Positions 13,914 through 26,800 are shown, counted from the stretch's first letter. The stretch: 64,000 nt of DNA from Torpedo marmorata (GCA_977017645.1 OZ360222.1:123442001-123506000), one strand, 5' to 3'. A program made the numbers and translations. The notes: a model not told the origin generated them from the sequence alone.

Positions 13914-15169
13914 GTGGTAAAAATCATCATTACCTGAAAAATGTTGAAATGGTTGTTAATGCATTCCAAAAAGTAAATTAAAAGTCCAAATATACGAGCA
14001 AGTTTATAATATTCCACACACCTTTAAATGGCCTGTTGCGTTATCGAGGGTACGATATTGTTGCACGTAAAAATAAGAGACCTACAATATTTTCATTCTA
14101 GTTTTATTGTCGCTCCCTCTCCTATTTTACTCTTCAGTTTCGCGGCATGAGAAATGATGTGACGATTAATCTATCACAAAAGTTTGCGGTCTGTTTGACA
14201 ATGTGCAAGAGTCAACATGTTGGGAGTTACAGCAGATTCGAAAGTTTCATCTGTTTCAATGGAGATTGATTGTTAGAGCAAGTAGTTATTTTTATGGTCA
14301 ATATATTGACGGTCGGAGAGACCAGACTCACTACGTTCCCAGTCCCTGGCTCCACCCCGCCGCCCCGTTTTCATCCTGTAACGACTGCATATTTTTTAAA
14401 CCCCCTCTAGACGAGGTTCAAATAAATAACCCCATATCACTTACACTCTAAAAGCAAGTAGTTTCCAATCTTGAGTAAAGAGAAAGTGTAGAAGGGGATA
14501 CTATTTGATTGGATTATAAAGACTCCTTGTTTCAATGTAACGCACGATATTTCTGATTTCGAATACATTACTTTATTATTTTAGGAATTGAAAGAAAAGG
14601 AGTCTTCCTACCTGAGACACTCGATTTCTTTTAATACGCGCGAGGGTCAGATTGGGATCTGCAATAATTTTCTGGTCATGCAGGAGTCCGTCAGAATTAT
14701 GGAGATTGCACGTTATCGCTGAAATGCTATTTAATTATATTTAAACAAATAGTGCGTGTTTCTGATTTATTGTTTTGCAATCAAAGGATCATCGCTTGTA
14801 TCTTTCATTGCCTCAAGCAGACATTGTTCACCACGGTTGCAGTTTTTGGCTCTGCAACTTTTAACAATGGAGGTTCACTTTTTGTGAGTCAGTTATTTTA
14901 TTTCATGTGTTTTCCCTCCTTTCCTGCCAGTTGTCCAGGATCTTTCTTTGACACGTCTTTTTCTTACACACGGGTTTTATAAAGCAAAATCGAACGAAGG
15001 TTTAACCAGCTTAATTAATCAGATGTAGCACCAACAAAGAACAAAGAAAACTCTCCTTTTGCAGAAGAAAGTTATTCTGATAGATATGCTGAGAAGGGGT
15101 TGCTCTGAAGAGCTGGAGAGGGTTTTTTGGACCGAAGTGAAGCTGGTGGGATTCAGTCAAGATTGAAAT

Positions 15170-15390
15170 ACAAGTCCGCCCCATTCATCAGTTTAAGCCA
15201 ATGAACCAGGCAACTAATGCATGCTGTGATGATTGACAATTCTCCAAGCCAATAGATTGACGGCGCTTCCGCGCCACTCTTTGATTGGTCGTTGGTTCCA
15301 GCTCCAGCGCCCACAGAACTCCGGGCTAGCTCATTTCCCTGTTAGAAAAGGGGTGGGGGAGACAGAGAGAAAGAAATGCAGAATGTAAGT
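15170..15390 (+). promoter_or_regulatory. Candidate upstream promoter plus alternative first exon (ATG CAG AAT|GTAAGT)
   Basis: GC box 15176-15181; CCAAT 15198-15202 and 15249-15253; ATTGG 15284-15288; TGATTGACAA 15230-15239; AGATTGACGG 15254-15263; ATG at 15376 and phase-0 donor GTAAGT at 15385. Confidence 0.55.
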
Positions 15391-16141
15391 GACCACAACT
15401 TTCTGCATCAGGCGCACATTTCGGCAACACCTTTGTAAAGTAATACGAGCCAATTCAAGCAACGGGATGTACGCGCAGTTATTGACTTGATCTACAATTA
15501 GGCATAACAATAGGCAATCGAAAGTGACAAGGAATAGTAAAATGTATTGAACTAATAGTATTGAACAAATGAACATCCCATTCTGGGAAACCGGTGGATC
15601 GCTTCTGCGACTGTCATAAACCAGTCCGCCGAATAATTTTGCAACAACATAGAATATAATATTTTGCACAATAATGTTTGATATACAATAACATTTTTTA
15701 ATTATAACATTTTAAATCTAAATAAAACACAAAAGAAATAACTCTAGATGAAATTTAAAGATATAATCGGCCACCTTTATACAGCAGATACCAGAAAGTG
15801 CGACCATGCTGGAGAAATTACCTTTCTTCTAATGCCATCAACTCCGAGTGTTTTCGCCACTTCTACCGAATTGTCCAACAGTCTGGAATAAAGAATCAAA
15901 TAACATGTTAAGTATGTTAAAGTTAGCAGTGGAACGAAAGAAGGCACAACAAAGCCCACAAATTGCTCAAAATTGATCTTGTTTTGAAGACAGTGCGGGG
16001 AGTCAGAGTTTGCTGAGGATTATCAGCCTAGTATTCAGTTTTACAACCATTTTTTCAATGTAAACTGTGCAGCCTTCTAACTTGAGTGAAGAATGTGTAC
16101 CTGCAGGATGGTTATGGTTTGGATTGCCTTTGCTCGGTTGA

Positions 16142-16195
16142 GTGTGTGTGTGTGTGTGAATCTCCAGCGCTCTCTCTCTCTCTCTCTCTCCCTCT
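16142..16195. repeat. (GT)n and (CT)n microsatellites at the promoter edge
   Basis: Direct reading. Confidence 0.92.
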
Positions 16196-16214
16196 CCCCA
16201 CCCCTCCTGTGAAT

Positions 16215-16610
16215 GAGAGATGAGGTAGTCCGGTGCGCATTGTGTAAGACGCGACCTGTTATGGCCACCACTGCTTCCGGGTTCCAGCATTCTCTCCAAA
16301 TCCACCTCTGGCTCTGCAACACTGGGGCAGCGGCACCGGGCCCTTTAAAGAGCTCCAAACTCCGAGGAGAGTGAGATTCACCGTGCATCATCTCTTCGAG
16401 ACGCAGGGCGCTCGCAGCCTCAGTGCATACACAAGGCGATCCGGAGCTGGACTCCTCCGTGCAGATCTCGCTGCCATCACTAAGGTGTCCCCCGACCAGT
16501 GGAAGTGCACGGCGGATCATCATTCATTCACTACCTTGACAACCTTGCCTTGATTGACAGCTAGAGTGGCAAAAAGCCATGAGACTCGCCAGTTTTGTTT
16601 GAGGGGCGCT
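16215..16610 (+). promoter_or_regulatory. MEIS1: MEIS1 proximal promoter / conserved 5' leader block
   Basis: CpG-rich; ETS core CTTCCGG at 16274-16280; PBX-MEIS/PREP decamer TGATTGACAG at 16551-16560; GATCATTCATTCAC...TGATTGACAGCT.GAGTGGCA.AAAGCCATGAGA resembles my recollection of the human MEIS1 5'UTR. TSS cannot be fixed from sequence. Confidence 0.75.
16579..16602 (+). other. uORF MRLASFV* in the MEIS1 5' leader
   Basis: GCC-ATG-AGA CTC GCC AGT TTT GTT TGA; purine at -3; 338 nt between its stop and the main ATG. Confidence 0.65.
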
Positions 16611-16678
16611 TTGCTCGCTTTTGGGGGACGAGATTCTTTATCCACCGAATTGCTGTGGTGAAAAAATAATATCTACCT

Positions 16679-16682
<4 letters not shown>

Positions 16683-16725
<43 letters not shown>

Positions 16726-16750
16726 ATATATATATTTATATATATATAAA
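16683..16750. repeat. (AT)n microsatellite in the MEIS1 5' leader
   Basis: About 19 perfect AT units plus a degenerate extension, between the uORF and the main ATG. Confidence 0.92.
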
Positions 16751-16940
16751 TATTTCGCTAATCGTAAATATTTCCCCTGAGTACATCCAAGTGAAGCAGA
16801 AGACGCTGGGGTTGCTCATCCACAAGGACTACAAGGATCTTGTCCTGGCTTTGGAGTGGTGTGTTTATCCCTTTTTGATATTGGTCCTATAAGTGTATAG
16901 CCTAAAGTGCCACAGAGGGCGAAGGCTTCGAGAAAGGCCG

Positions 16941-16952
16941 ATGGCGCAGAGG
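16941..16952 (+). CDS. MEIS1: MEIS1 coding exon 1 (MAQR)
   Basis: GGCCG-ATG GCG CAG AGG followed by the donor GTAAGT at 16953; MAQR is the canonical MEIS1/2 N-terminus on a 12-nt first coding exon. Confidence 0.95.
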
Positions 16953-17196
16953 GTAAGTATTTATGGTGCAGTTTGTAAAACAATTGCCAAACGCTATGAA
17001 ACTGAGTTGCGGGTTGATTCGACCACACGGCGCGGTACTTAGTGGCTGCGAAAACCGTTCACGTAATTTTGTGTGCCCCGTTCTGTCAAGAACTTAGAGA
17101 ATAAAGTTGTACAGTGTGTTTCGTAGTTTAAAGTTTGTCAAAATGCTGATTTCCCTTCCCTCACTTCTTTTCCTCTCTCTTTTTGTTGTCGTGCAG

Positions 17197-17423
17197 TACG
17201 ATGAAATCTCACATTACGGTGGTATGGATGGAGTAGGGATACCGACTACTATGTATGGTGATCCTCACGCCCCCAGATCTATGCAGCCCGTCCACCACCT
17301 CAATCATGGGCCGCCGTTACACAGTCACCAATACCCGCACACAAACCATGCTAATGCAATGCCGCCAAGCATGGGATCCTCAGTAAACGATGCATTAAAG
17401 AGAGATAAAGATTCCATTTACGG
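17197..17423 (+). CDS. MEIS1: MEIS1 coding exon 2
   Basis: Polypyrimidine tract + GTGCAG acceptor; encodes [76 protein letters not shown]; donor GG|GTGGGT; 227 nt. [22 protein letters not shown] is MEIS1-type rather than MEIS2-type. Confidence 0.97.
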
Positions 17424-17989
17424 GTGGGTTGCTGGCAAATTTTATCATTCTTCTTAAAATTATTTCTGATCTGCGGCAGAGGATGTGTGACACGATATTT
17501 TAATTTTAGAAGATACTTTAATTAACATGTGGACCACAAAGGTCTTTGAGATTTAATTTATTTTTATGGAAGATAATTAGAGCCGATATATTCGAATAAT
17601 GAGTAGGTTTAATTTAATTTGCATTTGTGGATGACAAAATAGCTCATCGCTGATGATGTTGATAAACATTTTTTTGCTTGTAATTTTTCCCTTCTAAAAG
17701 CATTCTGAAATTTGGCGTCCAAAATGGCTGCTTAAAGTTTACTTCTGGGGCATTTAACTACCAAATTTTCAATGATTTTGTTTACGTTAATCGATACGGT
17801 TAGGAAAGTAATGTTGAATGTTTTAGAGATGAGAAAGGTTCGCGGTGTTTCTCCAGTACCTATTTTTGCCACCATTTGCGACTGTAATTTATATGTAAAG
17901 CCAGAAATCAACAAGTATTTCTTGCTGAAGTTCTTCGTGTCTCACAAGAGAAAAATAAATTCTCCCTCTACTTTCTTATGCTGTTTTGA

Positions 17990-18181
<192 letters not shown>

Positions 18182-18706
18182 TAAGACCGTTTACAAACAA
18201 CTACCAGTAATTTAACTGGCTAAACTAATGTTTCCCCTGGACAGCAGCATGTCTCATGAAACCTACAAGACGAACGCACAAAACATTGGTACAAATATAA
18301 GCAAAATAATTAAGGATATTGTATACAGTATTGGTAACAAAATTGAACTACCAGAGAACAAAACAGTGAAATGAACAATTCTACAAACAAGTTAGAATCT
18401 GAGCATATTGTGTCCGAGGCTGCAAATGCCAGTGGAAACATGGTCAGTTTAACTTCAGTGAAACAAGTATCTTTATATAAGAAGTTATTTCATATCTTAG
18501 TGTTTCTTAAAACACAGTAACTTATTCACTGTCCAAACAAAAAAGTTTTAATCCTTATGCTAGATAAACAAAACATAGCCTACTTTGTATATGTAATATT
18601 AAAGTGCATTAAATGTAAACAAAAGTTTAGAAATCTGTTTGAACTCATTGATTATGACTAATGCTAAAATGATGAGGGGATCACTATTATTATATTCTCA
18701 CTTTAG

Positions 18707-18757
18707 ATCCGAGCAGAGAAACCTCTTTTCTCTTCCAACCCTGAGCTGGATAATTTG
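18707..18757 (+). CDS. MEIS1: MEIS1 coding exon 4
   Basis: CTTTAG acceptor; IRAEKPLFSSNPELDNL; donor TTG|GTAAGC; 51 nt. Confidence 0.97.
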
Positions 18758-19685
18758 GTAAGCCTGGTTAGTTTTTTTTAAGAGAAAGGAAATGCGAATA
18801 ACTTTGTAAACGCGTTCTATAAAACCAAACTTCATGTGCCTCTTTGGAAATAATTTCGACATTCATCGCGATGCGTTCAGTTTAACACGGTCCATGGTTT
18901 GGGGAATTAGTAAACAAGGATAATAGTAGTTACAATCCACTGCAAATCTGTGTTTTTGATTTTATGATAGCGTTGACTGTCACAGGCGATAACCATCGCG
19001 TTTAGTTATTGTGTGGCTGTCACCCTATTTAAGATGATGCGCGATTTTAATTTTTTTCCTGCTGCGCGCGTATCTCTCTCTCTCTCTCTCTCTCTCTGTA
19101 TGATTATGACCGTTTATATCAAAGTCACTGAAAATGCACAGGAGTCCCCGCTTTCTACCGCTCCTATCCAAAAACTCGAAGTCCACTAATGTAAATCGCG
19201 ATCGATTCTGAGTGCAGCTCAAAAATTTAGAGTTGCTTTTAATGTAAACACTGCCCAAACACCAGTTTCCAACGCTTTAGAAATTAAAGTTTGCATGTTG
19301 TTAGGAGGGTGCAAACATAGAAATACAGCCACGCTTGTCGGGAATAATTGGGACTTGGACCTAATGTTGTTCTCTGACAGCTGTGTGTGCTTTCGGTGTA
19401 AACTTTTGACGTTGAAATCAGTACATACATGGGACGAGAAAAATAAGTAGGCACTGATTATATTTTACTGTTATTACTGCACATCTAACTCCCTTCGTCC
19501 TCATCCACCGCCCCAAAGACACGCGCAGATAGATATAAACATAAAAGTACACGCATTAAAAAAAAAAGATCCAAATGTTTGGAATATTAACGCCTTTTGT
19601 CAGACCAGCTAGTAGAATTAGCAAACACGATATCAATTTTTTGTATGTCCTGGGCGCTAATGGATGTTTACATTTTTGCTTTCAG

Positions 19686-19736
19686 ATGATTCAAGCCATA
19701 CAAGTATTAAGGTTTCACCTTTTGGAATTAGAGAAG
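19686..19736 (+). CDS. MEIS1: MEIS1 coding exon 5 (MEINOX/HM2)
   Basis: TTTCAG acceptor; MIQAIQVLRFHLLELEK; donor AAG|GTACTT; 51 nt. Confidence 0.97.
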
Positions 19737-20653
19737 GTACTTTTTCATGTTCTTTTTTATAAGAGTATGTTCCAAGTAATTCTTAGTGTGAGTAGATTTG
19801 AATAACTGTCTTGGTTTCTGCCCCATTGCAATTAGTGTCAAAGCCAATGCTGGCGCACATTTCTCTTGCTGTTTAATTACAATTTATGCCACTAAAACCC
19901 TGACCACAAACGCCCCAGCGTTTTGTTCATTTTTAATCTCGCGGTAGGATTTAATTTTGATAATCTTTTAACATAAATCCTCTTTTTCCTTTTGAGGTTA
20001 AACATTTTAAACAGTCCAAAGGCGAAACAATCTGCCGATTATGACTAATTAGATAGCAAATCATAATATTTTGTCCCATTAGTCCACGGGGAATATTTTA
20101 ATGCAATATAAAAGGCGATATCATACACGTGTGGCGGAAACTGTGAGCGTCGCGTGTTTATTTTACCAGGCTTAAAATCTGCTCTGCCTCACCACAATAA
20201 ATATAATTATTTGACGACTCTGGCTGTGTATATGAGGGCTAACCAGTGATAGACATCTGGGCCATATTCAAATTCTGCTCATCTCCTTTGTGCCTTCAGA
20301 GTTCCTCAAAGGTTATAATGAAATAACTAGATGAAATTAAACTGTTTACCTTAAATGTCACTCATGCAGGTCAATCCTCTAATGGCCACAACCCGGGAGC
20401 AGATGAATTTAACACGGGTGTTGAATACGTTGTAGCTGTGAATCATCTTGTCACTGTCAATTTTCAGCGATATCTCTATTTTGCAGAAGTTATTCCAAAT
20501 TCTTGATGCGTATGTCTCTGGAGGATAATTGTAATGTCCCCCAGTGCTTCCAACTATTTTGAAGCTTCATGTCATAGGCCGAACGTGCACTTGTCACTTC
20601 CATTTGGGTCTTTATGTTTTCGCCTTCTTATTTTCCACTCCCTCCAATTGTAG

Positions 20654-20806
20654 GTACACGAATTATGTGACAATTTTTGCCATCGGTATATAAGCTGCTT
20701 GAAAGGGAAAATGCCCATCGATTTGGTTATTGATGAAAGAGAAGGCGGCTCGAAATCAGACAGCGAGGAAATCACTCGATCGTCCTCTGTTAACATTACA
20801 GATCAG
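20654..20806 (+). CDS. MEIS1: MEIS1 coding exon 6
   Basis: TTGTAG acceptor; [51 protein letters not shown]; donor CAG|GTATGG; 153 nt, ends in phase 0 (212 codons cumulative). Confidence 0.97.
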
Positions 20807-23800
20807 GTATGGAACCATTGGATTTGCATTTGGAATGCCTGCTATGACAATATGCCTCTTTATTATTCGCGTATTATCAACCCCTGTCATATGAATTCCA
20901 ATTGAAGTGAATCTTTCCCCGTACCTAGAATATGCCCATTAAGGATGGATCTCAGTTGAGGACGCGGCAGGAGTGCCGTCAAGAGTGATGGCTGGAAAGT
21001 TGAACTTCTCCTTGTCGCTTTTAATTTTTATTCCTTTCTTTGCAAATAAAAAGGGTAACAATTGTGACTGTCGAGGCTGCATGGAGAAGGAGACGCGTTT
21101 TTTTTTGTGATGAAGCTAGCTGGCGCTCAGTGAGTGGAGGGAGGCAGTTGCGAAGTTTCTCCACTGCCTCCTACCCCGCGGTTCATTGGGGGTGTTCTGC
21201 GGGATTCCCCTCGCTGAGCAGAACAGAGCCACTCGTTGCAAGCGGCGTGTGGGCTGATGATCTGATATATTATTAGAGATAGCACGAAGTTCGAGAATAT
21301 CCATCCGGAGAGAAGCGAATTTCACGATCGCTTGCCAAAAAGTAGACACTACATTAAAAAATAACATTTGGTCTTAAAGAGTCGCAAACCCCTATTAGAT
21401 TTAATACCCCCACCCCCATCCAACAGTGGCTTCGCTTTAGCGAAGGGGAAGGGGCGGGGATCTGTTGAAATGCCCGTCCGCCCAAGGCGCAACGGATCCG
21501 GCGAGAGTCTCTGCAAAGAGACGGCGCCATGGGAACGTTCACCGCCGCTCGGGTTAGGTTATACAAAAGGCAGCTTCTGATGGGGGCCGGGGCAGCAGCG
21601 ACCACAGAGAATGCGTCATATTCAATGCTCTTTCCAGTGGTCTGATGCGGGGATGAAAAACTGCATGGATGTGCTCACCGTTGTAACACACCAGCCCGTT
21701 CGGACCCGAACCAACGTATTATTTAATTTTGATTCTTCCCCGTGGGAGTGCAATCCACCAGCACCTCTCTCCACCACGCTCAATGTGTTTACTTTTCGCG
21801 GCCAGGAAATGGTTGAATAGATTTAAATAGAACGTCCTACTTTTCCAAAGGGTTATTTGTCGAGCTCCTGATATGAGACAGCAGAGCTCACAAAACATCT
21901 TAAAAAGCTGGGTTAATATCGCGTTGAAATATTATTAAAGCGATGGCGTTTAATAGTCTAAATCATGGGAATTAAACGGCCAGGTCAGACTAACCACAAA
22001 ATTATAATGTGTTAGGACGTCTAATTATTTCTTATAGTCTTCCAAGACGGAAAGGTAATTGGAAGCTCTCTAAAAATGTGCGTGACTTTCAAGTGAAATA
22101 CGCTCTTCTGCAGTTTTCTAAACGACGAGTAAATAACTATTATTCATAAACGTTTTTTTGGAACGCGCTTGTGTTGTTATATTGCTATGGGGGAAAAAAC
22201 ACACACACATTTGCACTGCATTTTGTTTTGAGCGCCGCTGTGAATGTTAAATCGCGACATACACTCTGTTAAAAATCTTCTGGTTCAGGGTCGGGACCTC
22301 ACTGAACATGAGAGCTATCTGCGGGGAAAAAAATACGGATTGCCGGAGGGCAAGAGTGAAATCAACACGTTAATTGCCTCGAAAATTAAGATTTATACTC
22401 GTTTTCTACAGCGAATAATTAATAATATTATGTCCTGACTTTGCACACAGCAGAAATCAGGCTTATTTGTAACTGAGGATTCGATTTCACGAGCACGCGT
22501 TTGTTAAGGGAAGTTTTTATATACTAAGTAAAATAAGAACAGGTCATGAGAAAAGTTTGAAGGCGGTGGCCCCTCCCTCCCCCCCCATCGCTCGCTCTCT
22601 TGTATTTTTCGGGAACGATTCCATGTCTCTGTGCCTTTGGCGGCGATTCGTGACTTTACTGATGTGTCACCTCCCGATCATTCCGCCTCATGAGTATTTT
22701 TAATATTTGTCCTCTGGCAGTTACTGTGCAAAAATAATTTGTTGTGTTCTTCCCGCGGTCGGTATTTGGTATGGGATGCGTACACATTACGTTGCGTTTC
22801 TCTGTGGAGTGGAGTGCTTCGAGTGTGGGCTAGCGAGCTGGACAGGGACCCTGGTTTGGTCTGTCATTGGGTTGGGGTGAGAAGAGCCACACTGCTCTTG
22901 AATGTGGCTGATCCGGTTTCAGACCTCGTCTTCGATGTAAACCTCCAACAAACATTTGATCCATCAAGGATCACGTGAGCTGAGGTCTCTTGGGTACCTG
23001 GAGAAAACAGCGAAAAAGTTCCACAAAATGAAAGGTGGTCAATGTAACTTGTGCATACATTGCCTTTTCCTCTTCATTGCATTTCGTGCCCATACCTCTC
23101 CAGTGTAGCCTCGCTGCTTGTTTAGAAAAGGGCAACTGGTTTGCATCTAAATTGGAAGCTGATTCCCAGACGTTATTTCAGTATTTTCTTTTGTTCCCAA
23201 AAAAGCCGCTAAGCAAAAACAAAATGGAATTTCTCTAAATTGCTCACTTCAGCGCTTTTGTTTGATTTGGTTAGTATTGCTTCAGCTTTATTTACTTTTT
23301 CTGGGCATTTCCCACAGTGCATTTCTTTACTCCCTGGTTTCAGGTTCCTGCATCAGTTGCCACCAATCAGGCATGTGAGTCCATCCTACCTGTTGATGCA
23401 CTGGCTGGTAATGCCACAGAGCACATCCTATCCATTGGTACATGACTGGCACTGCATTTTGACCCAGATTGTTCATTGTTGCGATTACTGACAATGGTAC
23501 ATGACCTCAAGCTACCTATTCTTGCATTGACTGGCACTGCTGTGTGACATTACACCACCCATTGCTACAGTGACAGACTGTCATGTGTTTCCATCTCTTG
23601 CTGTTTGGGTAAGGGTCAGTCAAGTTGACTATGGTCAGTGCCTAGATAACTCTTGTTATTTCTCCCAATCCAATTGCATCTCCAGTGTTGTTCTCACACT
23701 TGTCCCGGGGTTGTTGAATTTTCCCACTCTCCCTGTATATTTCACACTTGGCTCTCAGCAGCTTGCTCTCTCTGGTTCTTCATTAAAGTTACTATTCTGG

Positions 23801-26800
23801 CATGGCATGTTGTACTTTTTTAAAAAAAAAGTAAACAAATAGCGTTTTCAGAGCAGATATATTGTGATTGCTGCATTGTGTGAACTATACTTACAAAAGC
23901 TTATTTTTACTGGGTTGTGGAGAGAAGACAAAGCCGACAGTGGAGCAAAATATATTTTATTGGCCTTGTTCTCTGATGTCAGTTAATAAAATGTTTTAAC
24001 ATTTAGCATGAATTGACTTTGCATAATATGCTTTAGATATTGAATAATTCTATCAGGCAGTTCTAATGATGACATAAATCACAAGAATAAAACTCATATG
24101 CCTGAAAAAGGTCAGCAGGGGTTTTAGTTTGAATTTGTACCTATAATATATTTATTGATAACTTTACGGCTTCTTAATTTTTTAACCTTTTCCAATGTAG
24201 CAACTTGCTATGCTTTGTCGAATAATGCAGTGTAGTAGAGAGGTTTATTAAGATCCGCTGATTGTGGAATTGAATGTATGTGGAATCTCTCGACTGATAT
24301 GACAGAGTATATTCCAGTTGTAGACTAGTTGGGAGTGAACTTCCAAGTTTTCAAATGTGTCTATATAATGGAATGTTTGAATACTCAATAGTGTTTTAAC
24401 AATGAGGAAATTACAATAACACACAAGGGGAAATGGATTCTCTCGCAATGAATTTTATTAACATAATGCACAGTGATAACTAAAGTTAATTAAAGTTGTG
24501 ATAAATGTTTCAGTTAGCTGTAATAAGAGTTATTCTGTGAATTTAAAAACACTGTTGTCACATATCACAAAAGCTTTGTTGTGACTTTGTGGCCCCAGTT
24601 TTGTTCAGTGATAACTAGCCAATGGATAAATTCATAAGAACGGCTTGGCTTAATTAATATTTATATTCTCAATGAGTTATTGAACAAATATGGATGTAGC
24701 CTCCTGATTTTGTGTAAAATCCTCAGTACAAAATACCTCTATAGTCTTGTTTACACAGCCTTTGTATGGTTGAAGTAAAACACAGAATAATCCTTGTAAA
24801 AATGTATCATCTCAAATTCATGGAATAAATTGTACTCCATCAAAATCAGGTAGTAAATCATTTCAAATGCTTTTTAACTACCGTATATGTGCTCCATTAT
24901 TTTTCCAATGATTATTTTATTCCAAATGATTCATCTTGCTTTCTTTGCATTTTGTACATTTCTTGATTTATTTTATTTATAAAATTCACCATCGAATTGT
25001 AAGGAACTCTAACTATGAGATTTTATCCTATTATTGTTATTCAGTAGTCAGCAGTTGTGATCACACTTAAAAGTTGACATTTTTCTTGGACCTTAAGTAT
25101 TTTTATTTAATATGGAAGTTGACTGTAAAAATTAATCTAATTTAAATAAACATTTTATTTATTCCAGCAGCTAAATGTTATGAAAATTGTTTGTTTCATT
25201 GTAATCTGTTTCCCTGCTTTGAACATCCTTACATTTTACAGTTTGTGGAGTTTGTATGGGAATTGACTATTAACTTGAATAGTGATTACTAAAACTAAAT
25301 ACTTATCTTTTTGAATGTTGTTACAATGTTTGTTGTTAAGACTTTTTCTTGTCATTTTAGATATTAGTTTAAGCAATAAAATTTTAAATCAATCAGATTG
25401 TGAATATTAGTTTCGGATTACAAATACAAGTTTATAACCATAGCAATAGGTATTATGGTTTGTGAAGTATATAGAGCTTTTACCCAAGTAATATGTTGCA
25501 TTTTAGATGGAAAATTCCACATTGGGTTATCATGTTATATCTATACCTCAACAGCCAGTGGACCTCACTATGTGTTAAAGGTGTTGAAACAGGTAGATAG
25601 ATACATGTAGTGCTCCATATGAGCAATAATCCCAGAATATTATTTGTTAAAAGCCTGAATTTAAAATTAATTTTGAATGGAATCTCTTCTGGATCAACCT
25701 TGTATTTCTCCACTTTTTTGGGAGTAAGCATGGGTGAATGTTCTGATTTAACTGGCTTACTAATAGTGACCATCTCAGAGAGGACTTATTTTATATTTAA
25801 GATATGTGAGTGTTGATTCAGATATCTGAAATATATTTAAACATGCATAAGATGTTTGTTTTGTGTGGTGGTGTACTCTTTTTTTTTTTTTGCTTTCATT
25901 AGTTTATATGGAAGTATGTTTAATTGCAAAGAGCTGGGCTCTGGAGAAGGTTGCATTGATAGAAAGTATTTTGGTAAAAGTGTTCTGCTAATTTTCACAG
26001 CACAGTGGATAAAATAGTTTGCATAAACTATCCTCATTTTACATCTTTGTTCATTTGCCATAAAACTTATTCCTCTCGTTAATTTTCTGGTTTTCTTTTG
26101 TTATGTTCCTTCATGGTACAAAACTTAGTCATTATCCTTTTTTGCTAAGTTAGTGGCAGATTTCAGTATTCATTTTCATGCTTGCTTGGTTTCCCATTTT
26201 CTGTTATGATCTGATCTTGTTCAGAGTTAAACATACACATTCACATGATAATTAGTGCTTTGTGACATGGGCCAAAGCCTCTGCTTCATTTTTTTATTTT
26301 AAACTTCCACATGTAGATTACAAAATTAAGAAATTTCAATTTGACATTTGTAAATCAGACCATGTTCTTGCAACAATCTATTGTGCAAAGTGCGATGTTT
26401 CTTGCTGTGCAGTTTGCAGCTACTTGGCTACTTTCTGCATTGAAGATATTCTAATATCGGTGCCACAGAGTCATCCAGTGTTTACAGGTTGAACAGGTCA
26501 AAGCAAGGGGCGTTGTTTCTGATTAATAATCTTTCACATCGTAGTTCTTTTTATGACATATTGTGAAGGGAAAATTTGAAATGTAAAATGTAACCATGAC
26601 AGTGTAATAATGGTCTTTTTAAGTTGGATATTTTGCATTTAAGCCAAAATTCAATTTAATTTTTAATTCAAAGTTTAGCCACAAAGTAAAATAGAATAAC
26701 TTTTAAAATCAAATTTGCAAAGAAATGTTACTGCATATTAATAACGTGTAAAATAAGATCTATGTACTGGTCGTTTGATGCTCTTACATCTCATTATACA

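Noticed and set aside
13670-14017. ORFs spanning the N run
   Set aside because: Artefacts of the assembly gap.
16003-16523. Antisense ORFs of 100 and 148 aa over the promoter
   Set aside because: They run through microsatellites (ERERE, HTHT) in GC-rich DNA with no recognisable domain.
17107-17196. In-frame intronic ATG (17143) giving a signal-peptide-like N-terminus [18 protein letters not shown]
   Set aside because: The hydrophobicity is the expected translation of the exon 2 polypyrimidine tract; no independent evidence for a TSS in the 244-nt intron.
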